Source: an uncultured Gemmatimonadaceae bacterium
GTDB lineage: Bacteria; Gemmatimonadota; Gemmatimonadetes; Gemmatimonadales; Gemmatimonadaceae
Reading direction: 5' to 3'
Assembly: GCA_963822945.1 (NCBI GenBank)
Contig: CAWGJO010000020.1
Location: 128,001 to 192,000 of the forward strand
DNA: 64,000 bases
Every line of letters begins with the position of its first letter. Positions within the stretch are counted from its first letter, which is position 1. The position numbers and the translations under genes are program-made. Below the pieces are notes generated by a model. That model did no database searches. It saw only the letters and a list, made by a program, of their open reading frames with translations, and was not told the origin of the DNA. Shown here piece after piece: positions 13,465 through 22,224 of the stretch.

Positions 13465-14439
13465 TCAGATCTCCCAGTTCGACAGCACCAGGCCCCGTTC
13501 CGGAGGCCGCTCCTCGTAACCGGCGAGCGACATCCGCAGGTCGCTCCACCGCACGCGCCCCCCGAGTTCGATGAGCTGCCGGTAGGCCGCGGCGTAGTCG
13601 CCCTGCATGCGAATGGCCACGCGCCGGGTGCCGCTGCGGCGGGCGAAGTCGCGCAGCGTGGAGACCATCGGCGCGAAGTACTTCTGGTCGGCGAGCGCCA
13701 ACTTGAGCACGCGCAGCTCCTCCCGCAGCCGCCCTTCCACCAGGGGGATCGTGTGGCAGAGCGCGAACCCGACCAGGGCATCACGGTCGTGCATCAGTAC
13801 CGTGTCGCCGAGCGAGAGTTCGTCGGTGAGCGAGATCTCGCGCGTGTGGTCGTACCCGGGCAGCAGGCCATCGAGCAGCAGGCGGCATTCCTCCAGCGCG
13901 CGGTCTTTCTCCGACGACGACAGCCGTCCGTACAGTCTGGGCGGCCGGGTGGAGTGCTCGGCTTCGAGCGTGGTGGTGAGGGTGAGGCGACCCGGCGTGA
14001 AGCCCTGCGACGAATAGAAGCCGATGTTGTCGAGCGTGCGCGGCATGGTTTCGAGCCCGATCACCGTGGCGCGGGCATCGACGAGCCACTCCACGCCGCG
14101 GCGCACCACGTCCTTGCCCACGCCCGAGCCCTGGAAGTCCTGGCGCACGGCGAGCGGGCCCATCCACCCCTCGACCCCCGACCGGTGCACCATGTTGAAC
14201 GCCGCGATCTCGCCGTTGGCCGCCCGCCAGCACAGGGCACCGCCCGCGGCGTCCTCGATGGCGTATCGCCAGACGGCGGGGTTGAGGAACGGAACGCGCA
14301 CCCCGACCATGCCGTCGCGCCGGTAGCGTTCCGTGAACGCGTCGCTGAACACCTGGTTGAGCCCCGCGATGTCGTCCAGACTGGCGGGGAACGGCCCCTC
14401 GATGGTCGGGCTCGGCTTCCAGGAGCGCGACGAGGCCAT
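13465..14439 (-). CDS. GNAT family N-acetyltransferase (two-domain)
   Basis: GPLAVRQDFQGSGVGK acetyl-CoA motif A and NIGFYSSQGF motif B; TGATG overlap with rad50. Confidence 0.85.
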   Translation of the reverse strand: MASSRSWKPSPTIEGPFPASLDDIAGLNQVFSDAFTERYRRDGMVGVRVPFLNPAVWRYAIEDAAGGALCWRAANGEIAAFNMVHRSGVEGWMGPLAVRQDFQGSGVGKDVVRRGVEWLVDARATVIGLETMPRTLDNIGFYSSQGFTPGRLTLTTTLEAEHSTRPPRLYGRLSSSEKDRALEECRLLLDGLLPGYDHTREISLTDELSLGDTVLMHDRDALVGFALCHTIPLVEGRLREELRVLKLALADQKYFAPMVSTLRDFARRSGTRRVAIRMQGDYAAAYRQLIELGGRVRWSDLRMSLAGYEERPPERGLVLSNWEI

Positions 14440-16892
14440 CAGTCCTCCGCTCCGGCGCCGACTTCGAGCGCCGGCAGGCCGGCGGCATCGCCGGGCCGTT
14501 CCAGCCGCACGCGCGACTCGCCGGCCTCCTCGTCGTAGCGCACGGCCAGCACCCGATCGAGTCCCTCGCGCACCGACTCGATGTGCGTGATCACGATGAC
14601 CTGTTCGAACCGGTCGTGCAGCCGGCGCAGCAGTTCCACCACGTTCTGCCGCCGCACCTCATCCAGCGATCCGAACACCTCGTCGAGCACGAGCAGCGAG
14701 AAGGGCTGGCCGGCGCGGTCGGCGATCATCTGCGAGATGGCCAGCCGCAGCACGAGGTTGGCCACGTCCTCCTCGCCACCCGAGATCGCCGGTTTGCGAA
14801 TGCCGTCCTCGAGCACGCGGATGGCGTAGTCGTCATCGAGTTCCAACTCGGTGTACCGCCCGTCGGTGAGCTCCGTGATGAGCGTGCTGGCGAGCCCGGA
14901 GATCTCCGGGCGGAGCTGTTCGTTGAGCCGGAAGCGCAGATCCTCGAACGCGTCGTCCAACTCGTCGTGCAACCGGCGCTCGGCGGTGAGGGTCTCGGCC
15001 TTGGCGCGCTGCGCGTCGAGATCGCGCTGGGCGGTGCGCGCGCGCTCGTCGTCCACCACGGCCGCCGCCACCTCGCCGTCGGCCTGCACCGACGCCAGTT
15101 CCGCGGCCCGGAATTCGGTCATCGCACCCTCGTACTGCACACGCAACTCGGCGAACGCTTCCTCCGAGAACGCCAGCGACGCCAGCTCGTCGTGCAGCGC
15201 GGCGATTCGCGCCCGCGCCTCGTCCAGCCGGCCGGTGGCTTCCGCCGTCGAGCGCCGCACCGGCTCTTCGCGGTCGATCAGCGCCGACAGCTTGGTGGCC
15301 TGCGCGTCCAGCGGCTGCAGCCGCGCGCGCTCGTCGAGCAGCCGCTTGTGTTCCCCGGCGTCGTAGCCGCTGGGGACCGCGGACAGGTCCTGCTGCAGCG
15401 TGGCGTGCCGCTGCTCCTTCTCGGCGATGTCCTTGCGCAACTGCGCGAGTTCCTGGACGGCCAACTGCGTCTTGGCCAGCCGCCGCTCGAGCTTGCCCGT
15501 CTCCTCGAACACGCGCCGGCGCTGGTCGTCCAGCGCCTTCACGTCCTCGGGCATCTCCTCCAACTGGCCGATGCGCTGCCGGTAGTAGTTGCCGTCCACC
15601 TGGACGGTTTCGATCTGGGCGTCGAGCAGATCCAGCACGTTGCGGTAGTGATCCCCCAGCGGACGGGCGCAGGTGGGACAGGTGCCGTCCTCGCCAAGGT
15701 TGACCAGCGTCTCGCGCTGCTGCTTGAGCTCGGCGTACTGCTGCCGCAGCGCCTGGATCTTGGTCTCGGCCTCCTGACGGTCGCGGACCCACTCGGTGCG
15801 CGTGGCTTCGAGTGTGCCCTCCACGGTGCGCAGCTCCTTGCGCTTGCTCTCCAGCTCGACCGTGACTTCCTCCTCCAGGGTCGGCGCGGTCTGAACGCGC
15901 TCCAACCGCTCGCGCAACCGGGCCAGCTCCTCGGTGAGCAGGCGGTCGTTGTCCACCAGTGTCTGCCGCCGCCCCTCGGCGCGGTACAGATCCTCCATGG
16001 CCTGCAGCCGTTCGGCGAGCGCGGCGAGGGGCCGGAGCTGCTCGGCGAGTTTCTCCAGTTCACCGCGCGCGGTGCCGATCTCGCCCGCCTCACGCTCCAG
16101 CCGCTCGAGGTCCCGCGCCAGATTGCCGGCCTCGTTCTCCAGCACGCGCAGTTCGCCGGTGGCGCGCTGCGACGCCTCCCGTGTCTGCTGCATGGCCGTC
16201 CAGCGGGGCTCCAGTTCGGACACCACGAGGCGCGTCGCCTGCGTCCGCACCGCGGCGTCGCCGGCCCGGGCCGTGGCCGTGGCCAACCGCTCCTGCGCCT
16301 GCACCAACATCCGGCCCACGCTCTCCGGGTCGGGCATCGCGCTGCGCAGGCCGTTGAGCTGGGCCGTCACCAGCCGCCGCCGTTCGCGCGCCATCTCCTG
16401 CGCCGCGCGCAGCCGGTCGTATCCGAGCACGCGCGAGAGAAAGTGCTTGCGCTCGGTGGGACCCATCGCGTTCATCACGCTCAGGTCCTTCTGCCCGGTG
16501 AAGTAGGTGTTGAAGAATTCCTGCCGCGTCATCCGCATCCGTCGCCGCAGGAAGTCGGTCACGCCGGTCACCGAATTGGCCACCGGTTCCTCGCCGCCGT
16601 CGAGGAACAGTTCGGCGCTGGTGAGCCCGCGCTCCACGCGGTACCGGTGCCCCGCCAACTCGAAGTCGAGTTCCACCTTCACGGGCGCGCGGCCGGCGGC
16701 GCGAATGGTGCGGACGCCCTCCTTGTCGGTGCGCAGGGCGAGCGATCCGTACAACGCCCAACTGATCGCCTCGAGGATCGTCGACTTTCCGGCTCCATTG
16801 GGACCGATGATGCCGGTGAGCCCGGATTCGAATTCCATCCGGGTGTCCACGTGCTGGCGGAAGTTCGTGAGGTGGATTGCGTTGAGGCGCAT
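14439..16892 (-). CDS. sbcC: Rad50/SbcC-like SMC ATPase
   Basis: GPNGAGKST, Q-loop, coiled coils with central CPTC zinc hook, ISGGE signature, LDEVFGSLD, VITH. Confidence 0.92.
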   Translation of the reverse strand: MRLNAIHLTNFRQHVDTRMEFESGLTGIIGPNGAGKSTILEAISWALYGSLALRTDKEGVRTIRAAGRAPVKVELDFELAGHRYRVERGLTSAELFLDGGEEPVANSVTGVTDFLRRRMRMTRQEFFNTYFTGQKDLSVMNAMGPTERKHFLSRVLGYDRLRAAQEMARERRRLVTAQLNGLRSAMPDPESVGRMLVQAQERLATATARAGDAAVRTQATRLVVSELEPRWTAMQQTREASQRATGELRVLENEAGNLARDLERLEREAGEIGTARGELEKLAEQLRPLAALAERLQAMEDLYRAEGRRQTLVDNDRLLTEELARLRERLERVQTAPTLEEEVTVELESKRKELRTVEGTLEATRTEWVRDRQEAETKIQALRQQYAELKQQRETLVNLGEDGTCPTCARPLGDHYRNVLDLLDAQIETVQVDGNYYRQRIGQLEEMPEDVKALDDQRRRVFEETGKLERRLAKTQLAVQELAQLRKDIAEKEQRHATLQQDLSAVPSGYDAGEHKRLLDERARLQPLDAQATKLSALIDREEPVRRSTAEATGRLDEARARIAALHDELASLAFSEEAFAELRVQYEGAMTEFRAAELASVQADGEVAAAVVDDERARTAQRDLDAQRAKAETLTAERRLHDELDDAFEDLRFRLNEQLRPEISGLASTLITELTDGRYTELELDDDYAIRVLEDGIRKPAISGGEEDVANLVLRLAISQMIADRAGQPFSLLVLDEVFGSLDEVRRQNVVELLRRLHDRFEQVIVITHIESVREGLDRVLAVRYDEEAGESRVRLERPGDAAGLPALEVGAGAED

Positions 16893-18079
16893 CAGCTCTC
16901 GGCCTCCCCCGCCGCGGCCAACTCGGCCGCCGTGGCCTGGTCGAGATACTCGAACACGCGGGTGATCAACTGCTCGCGATCCACCTCGGGCGGCACCTGC
17001 CGGCTGTTCAGCCGTTCGCGCACGAACTCGGCCAGCGACTGCGGGTGGCCCGGCGCCGCCTCCCCGCGCATCGGCCGCACGTTGGGGCGCAGCATCTCCA
17101 ACTGGAAGTGGAACGCCCGGCGCTTGTACTCGCGGATCGCCTGATGGTCCAGATCGTTGTTGATGTGGCGCGCCACGTCGCGGACCACGAGCCGCACGAC
17201 CTTCTGTTCGATGCCGCCGGGACAGCCGTCCACGGCCTCGCGCACCGCGGCGTCAAGCTCGCCGCCCGTCATGCCACGGGCGCTGAACGAGGGCAGGTCC
17301 ACGAGCACGCGAGATGGCGGAAGGGGATGAAACGTGTGCGCGCCGGTGTCGAGATCGAACTCGATGAACCCCTTGCCCGGAAGCCCGGCGGCGTGCTCTT
17401 CGGCCAGCTCGCCCCACGGGTTGGCGCTCGTGTAGTCGATGGAACCGCTGTAGTAGGCGTTGGGCGCTACCTCGCGGTGGACGTGATAGTGCCCGAGCGC
17501 CACATACGACCATTGCGGCGCGCCCAGTTCCTCTTCGGAGATCTCGAAGGTCGCCCGGTCGAGCATGGCCGCACGCTTGGGGATGATTCCCTCGACCTCG
17601 CCGTGGATCAGCAACACGTTGTACCGCGCCGTCGGGTCGGGAGTCAACTCGGGCCGTCCCCCCGGCACGTCGGGCACGGCGAGCACCGAGACGCCGAGTT
17701 CGGGGAACGAGAAGCGCCGTGATTCGAAGTCGGCGACGTAGAGATTCTCCTGCTCGAACAACCGGAGAATGCACCCCGTCTCGCTCGACCGCGGCAGATC
17801 GTGGTTGCCGGCAACGACGACCACCGGCACGCCCTCCAGCGCGCTCGTCAGCCGGTTGAACTGATGGAAGGCGTGGAGAATGGCCGGGTTCGTGGGGCGA
17901 ACCGTATGGAACACGTCGCCGGCCACGACCACCAGGTCGGGCCGCAACGCGATGACGCGGTCGATGGTCCGCGTGAGCGTGAGCGCGACGTCCGCTTCCC
18001 GCTGGTTGGCGCCGAGCGGCGTCACCCGCTGGTACTGGCGGAAGCCGAGGTGGAGATCGGAGAGGTGGACGACGCGCAA
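16892..18079 (-). CDS. sbcD: Mre11/SbcD-like metallophosphoesterase nuclease
   Basis: SDLHLG, GDVFH, GNHD, IHG, LGHYH motifs; TGATG coupling to rad50. Confidence 0.92.
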   Translation of the reverse strand: MRVVHLSDLHLGFRQYQRVTPLGANQREADVALTLTRTIDRVIALRPDLVVVAGDVFHTVRPTNPAILHAFHQFNRLTSALEGVPVVVVAGNHDLPRSSETGCILRLFEQENLYVADFESRRFSFPELGVSVLAVPDVPGGRPELTPDPTARYNVLLIHGEVEGIIPKRAAMLDRATFEISEEELGAPQWSYVALGHYHVHREVAPNAYYSGSIDYTSANPWGELAEEHAAGLPGKGFIEFDLDTGAHTFHPLPPSRVLVDLPSFSARGMTGGELDAAVREAVDGCPGGIEQKVVRLVVRDVARHINNDLDHQAIREYKRRAFHFQLEMLRPNVRPMRGEAAPGHPQSLAEFVRERLNSRQVPPEVDREQLITRVFEYLDQATAAELAAAGEAES

Positions 18080-18200
18080 GTCGGTCCCGGGCCGAGGATT
18101 GAGAGCCGCCCGCGGGGCGGCAAGTGCCTAATCGCTAACCGCCGCCCAGGCGGTTGTCCATAGTGTACACGACTTCGGATTCGAGCGGACGGGGGCACCG

Positions 18201-20183
18201 TCAGAAGGGCGGCTCTTCCGGCGGCTCGTCGTCGCCGTACGGATTGGCGCCCCGGGGCACGCGCAGGCCGCGCGGTTGGCGCGGCCGCACCACCTCGGGC
18301 GGCACGATGCGCTTGAACTGCGCGCGGAAGAACGCCTTCACGTCGTCGGGACGGGTGCGCAGCGTCGCATCGCGCGCGCGCAGGACGTCGGCCGCTTCGT
18401 ACGGTCCCACCGCCTCCTGCACCCAGCCCACGGTGATCGCCGGATCCAGCCGCCGCAGGGCACGCGCCACCGCGGCTTCGAGGGGCATTTCCTGGGCCGG
18501 CGGGTACTGCTCGGCACCGTCGCGACCCCGCAGGACGGCCGGACGCGGAAAGCGGACGAAGATCGGCTGCGTGAAGTGGGGGTGCCGGACCATCAGCTGC
18601 CCCTTCTCGAGCGTGGCCAGCTTGGTCCGCGTGGCCGGGCTCAGCACCGCATATCCCGGCGTGGCGAGTTCGTCCCCGTCCATGCGGCCGTACAACGCCG
18701 TGCCGGAATTCCCGACCACGCGCCGGTGTACCTGCGACCGGAACTGCTGCGCGCTGAACAGCACGAGGCCCAGGTAGCGCCCGCGCTCGGCGATGTCGAG
18801 GAGCATCTTGCGCACGTACGTCTCGGGACCATCGGCGGGCGCGTACTTGTTCAACTCGTCCACGAACACCATCACGTGGTTCACGCCCAGTTCTCGGCGC
18901 TCCAGATGCTCACGCAGCTGGTTCACCACGCGCGCGAACACGAGATCCTGCGCGTCCTCCTCCAGTCCCGCGACGTCCACGACGTACACGGCGCGATCCT
19001 CGAACTTCCCGAACGGCAGATCGCTCACCAACCCTTCGTCGGTCACCAGTCCGGCGCATCGGGTGGAGATGTTCGACAGGCGGTTGCGCACCTTGCGAAT
19101 GGTGGCCACGTGGTGGGTGCGCCAGTACTCGCCGCGATTCTGGTTCTCCACCGTCCGCAGGAGATCGCGGAACCACGCTTCCAGGTCGGCGAACGACTGC
19201 ACTTTGTGCGTCTGCGAGAACCCCTCGTCCACGAACTCGCGGTCGATCACGCGCTCGATGATGAAGTCGATGAACGCATCCGCCTTGGCGTCCACGTCGT
19301 CCTTGTTGAGCAGCACCTCGGCGTACTGCATCACCTCGCGCAGCCCCCAGGTGAGCGGCGACACGTTGTGCCCCAGCGCCTCGTTGGAACGGAGCGTGTT
19401 GAGGGTGAATCCCTTGGCCGTGTACGGCGCGAAGTAGTGCACGTTGCGGAACGGCTCGGCGGGCACGTCGAGCGCCTCGTACAGCCGGCGGTCGGCGTCG
19501 TCCAACGCGCCGGGCTGGTCGAGGAAACAGAGATCGGGCCCCTTCACGTTGAAGCACACCGCCGCCACGGAACCCTTCTGCTCGGGGAAATGCCGGAACA
19601 CCGACGCGAGCAGCCACTCGATGGCGCTGGTCTTCGTGGCGAGCCCCGACACGCCCGTGATGTTGAGATGCGCCGCCTCGGGACCGAGCAGGAAGTCGGC
19701 GTCCAGGTACACCGGCGCCTCCGTGCCGCCGGCGCGGTAGAGACCCACGGGAATCCCCGTCTTCGCCTCCGGCCGGAGATAGCCGTCCATGCGCAGCGCC
19801 ACGGCGACGTCGTCGGGCGTGGCCAGGAACACCTCGCCCATCGGCACCGGCTGGAGCGGCTCTTCGGGCACGTGGCGCAGCACGGCCGCCGTGTAGAGGC
19901 GGATCTCGGTGCGTCGCGTGGCCGACAGCGATTCGCCGCCCGGGGCGCCGTCGTGGCCGAGCACGTCGTGCAGCGGGGTCTGCAGATCCGTGTAGCTGAA
20001 CCCCTCGGTCACCACTCCGTAGACGTGCGGGATCGTGCCGTTCACCGGCTCGGTTCCCTGCACGCGCACGATCGTACCGATGCCCACCGGCGAATCGAGG
20101 GCCGTCCAGAACCCGAATTCGTGCGGCGTGTTGGGTTTGCGCTCGGTCGCGACCACGCGTCCGAGTACCGGCGATGGGGTCAT
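18201..20183 (-). CDS. herA: HerA-family ATPase/DNA translocase
   Basis: N-terminal HAS-barrel-like region, variant Walker A HLNITGVSGLATKTS, Walker B FVDELNKYAP, ERGRYLG..FSAQQ; ATGA overlap with nurA. Confidence 0.88.
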   Translation of the reverse strand: MTPSPVLGRVVATERKPNTPHEFGFWTALDSPVGIGTIVRVQGTEPVNGTIPHVYGVVTEGFSYTDLQTPLHDVLGHDGAPGGESLSATRRTEIRLYTAAVLRHVPEEPLQPVPMGEVFLATPDDVAVALRMDGYLRPEAKTGIPVGLYRAGGTEAPVYLDADFLLGPEAAHLNITGVSGLATKTSAIEWLLASVFRHFPEQKGSVAAVCFNVKGPDLCFLDQPGALDDADRRLYEALDVPAEPFRNVHYFAPYTAKGFTLNTLRSNEALGHNVSPLTWGLREVMQYAEVLLNKDDVDAKADAFIDFIIERVIDREFVDEGFSQTHKVQSFADLEAWFRDLLRTVENQNRGEYWRTHHVATIRKVRNRLSNISTRCAGLVTDEGLVSDLPFGKFEDRAVYVVDVAGLEEDAQDLVFARVVNQLREHLERRELGVNHVMVFVDELNKYAPADGPETYVRKMLLDIAERGRYLGLVLFSAQQFRSQVHRRVVGNSGTALYGRMDGDELATPGYAVLSPATRTKLATLEKGQLMVRHPHFTQPIFVRFPRPAVLRGRDGAEQYPPAQEMPLEAAVARALRRLDPAITVGWVQEAVGPYEAADVLRARDATLRTRPDDVKAFFRAQFKRIVPPEVVRPRQPRGLRVPRGANPYGDDEPPEEPPF

Positions 20184-21175
20184 TGCGTGGCCTTGAGAAG
20201 GACTTCGCAGTCGCGGATGCCGTACACCATCGTGTCCCAGCGCGCATCGGGATGCGCCGTGGGCGTGCGTTCGCCGAGCACGCGGCGTGAGATGCCGTCG
20301 GCGCGCGCGGCAATCCGCTCGCGCGTCGCATCGGGCTCGTGGCGCACTTCCACGCGCACCAGCCCCCACAGCGGATCCCGTCCCTCGGGATCGCGCAGCC
20401 GCAGGTACCAGCTCGCCACCGGTACGCGGCTGGGCGACGCCACCACGAACACGCTCGTGCGCTCCCCGGCCTTCAGGTCGTAGACGACCCGGCGCGCCGC
20501 GCGGTCGCCGTACAGCGTGCGATGGCTCTTGATCACGCCCACGGGCTGAACGGCGCGCGCCAGCACCACCGAACCGCGCAGGCCGCCGTCCACGTACAGG
20601 GCGTCGCGGCGTTCGGCGCACCACGCCTGCGCCAACTGGAGCTCGAGCTGTTCGCGGTCGCGCTGGATCCGTGTGAGCGCGGCGTCGCGCTGCGCCGCCG
20701 GATGCGCATCGGCCAGCGCCGGCTCATCGGCCGAGGTGTCGTGTACGTCGAGGCCCAGCGATCGGATGGCCTCCCACTCGCCGGGTTGGAGGGCAGCCGC
20801 GGGGACGTACAGCCGATGCGACCGGGCGTGCCGCCAGGTTGCCGCGTGCCCCTCGTGCCACTCGCGAATCACCGCCGCCGCGACGCCGCTCACGATGGGC
20901 ACTCCGTCCTGTGCGTGGGCAACGAGGGTGCTGCGCTGCGTGCCGTCGAGGAAAGCCGCGAAGGGTGCAACGGCGACGTCGGGCGGCGTGTGGACCCGCA
21001 GGACCTCGTCCTCCACGACCTCGGCGGCCGCGAGCACCGGCGGGTCGACGGCCGTGGACAGCTCGAGCGGCGTGCCTTCGGTACTGAGCGACGCCGAGGG
21101 AAGCGCGGCGGCGAGCGCCCGTTGCAACTGGTCGAGCCTCCACGGCCCCTGGGGCGCGGCGGGAGCGAGAATCAT
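20180..21175 (-). CDS. nurA: NurA-family nuclease (RNase H-like fold)
   Basis: FLDGTQRS, RxxLE, YVDGGL, GVIKSH, and C-terminal D.RW...YGI..CE..LK; directly upstream of herA. Confidence 0.8.
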   Translation of the reverse strand: MILAPAAPQGPWRLDQLQRALAAALPSASLSTEGTPLELSTAVDPPVLAAAEVVEDEVLRVHTPPDVAVAPFAAFLDGTQRSTLVAHAQDGVPIVSGVAAAVIREWHEGHAATWRHARSHRLYVPAAALQPGEWEAIRSLGLDVHDTSADEPALADAHPAAQRDAALTRIQRDREQLELQLAQAWCAERRDALYVDGGLRGSVVLARAVQPVGVIKSHRTLYGDRAARRVVYDLKAGERTSVFVVASPSRVPVASWYLRLRDPEGRDPLWGLVRVEVRHEPDATRERIAARADGISRRVLGERTPTAHPDARWDTMVYGIRDCEVLLKATQ

Positions 21176-21206
21176 TCCGAAAGGTATCCGGCCGGGCGGC
21201 CGGCCG

Positions 21207-21485
21207 TCACTCGACGCCGATGTCCCAGGCCTGTTGCAGGTCGCCCTTGGAATAGGCGCGGAACGCGGTGAGCGTCTGCGTCCGCTGGATGCCGGGCACC
21301 GTCGGAAACACCTCGGTCACGACGCGCGCGATCTGGTCGTATTGCGGTACGCGCACCACCGCCACCAGGTCCCAGTCGCCCGACACCGAATACACCTCCG
21401 CCACCCCCTCCACGCCGGCGAGCATCTTGGCGGCGTTGGGAATCTGGGTGGGCTCCACGCGAATCAACACGATGGTCGTGATCAC
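21207..21485 (-). CDS. Stand-alone Lrp/AsnC ligand-binding domain protein
   Basis: GVAEVYSVSGDWDLVAVV...PGIQRTQT; 92 aa, no HTH; GTGA overlap with the upstream gene. Confidence 0.85.
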   Translation of the reverse strand: MITTIVLIRVEPTQIPNAAKMLAGVEGVAEVYSVSGDWDLVAVVRVPQYDQIARVVTEVFPTVPGIQRTQTLTAFRAYSKGDLQQAWDIGVE

Positions 21486-21985
21486 GGCACTTGGGGAAAG
21501 GGTGGAACGTTCAGGAGCCACAGGCCGGCAACATGGTTCGTGGCATCCACGTCGAACAACAGGTCCTGCGCCACACGCACCGGGGTGGTTTCCCGTGGCC
21601 CGCCGAATCGGAAATGAAAGATACGCCCCTGCAGGTCCGATTCGGCGGCCATCGGCGTCTCCACCTCCAGCGAGGTCACCGCCGCCGGCGCCTCCGAGGC
21701 GGGCAGCCGGACGGTCACCTCGCGGATGTTCGACGGCGCCACGAGCCCTCCACGCCGGGTCACGTCTGGCCAGACCGCGATCTCGATGCCGCAGACCGTG
21801 TCGTCCTGCAGGTCGAAGATGATCCACGAGCCGTCGGCGCCCTCCACCTCGACCGATCCGGTGGAGCCGGCGGCGGCAGGTGACGGTCGGACTCGCGCCG
21901 ACAGGATCTCCGTGTCCGGATCCCGGCGATACACGACTCGCGGTGGCGCCCCTTTGCGAGGCCCGAGTTGGACGGCGATGTTCAC
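21482..21985 (-). CDS. Hypothetical protein, two DUF2283-like repeats
   Basis: GGAG RBS before GTG 21985; two units ending IIFDLQDDTVCGIEI and LLFDVDATNHVAGLWL. Confidence 0.6.
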   Translation of the reverse strand: MNIAVQLGPRKGAPPRVVYRRDPDTEILSARVRPSPAAAGSTGSVEVEGADGSWIIFDLQDDTVCGIEIAVWPDVTRRGGLVAPSNIREVTVRLPASEAPAAVTSLEVETPMAAESDLQGRIFHFRFGGPRETTPVRVAQDLLFDVDATNHVAGLWLLNVPPFPQVP

Positions 21986-22224
21986 GACGATTCTCCAAGA
22001 GTGGCTTGCCGCCAATTTCGGACCGGATCTGCCCGGTGGCGATCCGAAATAGCCCCGAGGGGGCCATACCACGCCCCGGGCGCTGCGCGGCGGCGCAAAG
22101 ATACTTCCGCCGTCCGGTCACGGTAACGGGCCGGATCCGGCCGCCGGGCCGATTTGTGGGTATCTTTCGCGCCACGCAATTTTGACAACGCGGCCGAACG
22201 CCGCCTCGACACCGGTGAGGATCT

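Noticed and set aside
14439..21175. Anti-phage system (Wadjet, Lamassu, Sir2-HerA/Nezha)
   Set aside because: The partners are Mre11 and NurA, the SMC protein has a Rad50 zinc hook, there is no kleisin, Sir2 or effector gene, and the context is core genome. A defence role is not strictly excluded.
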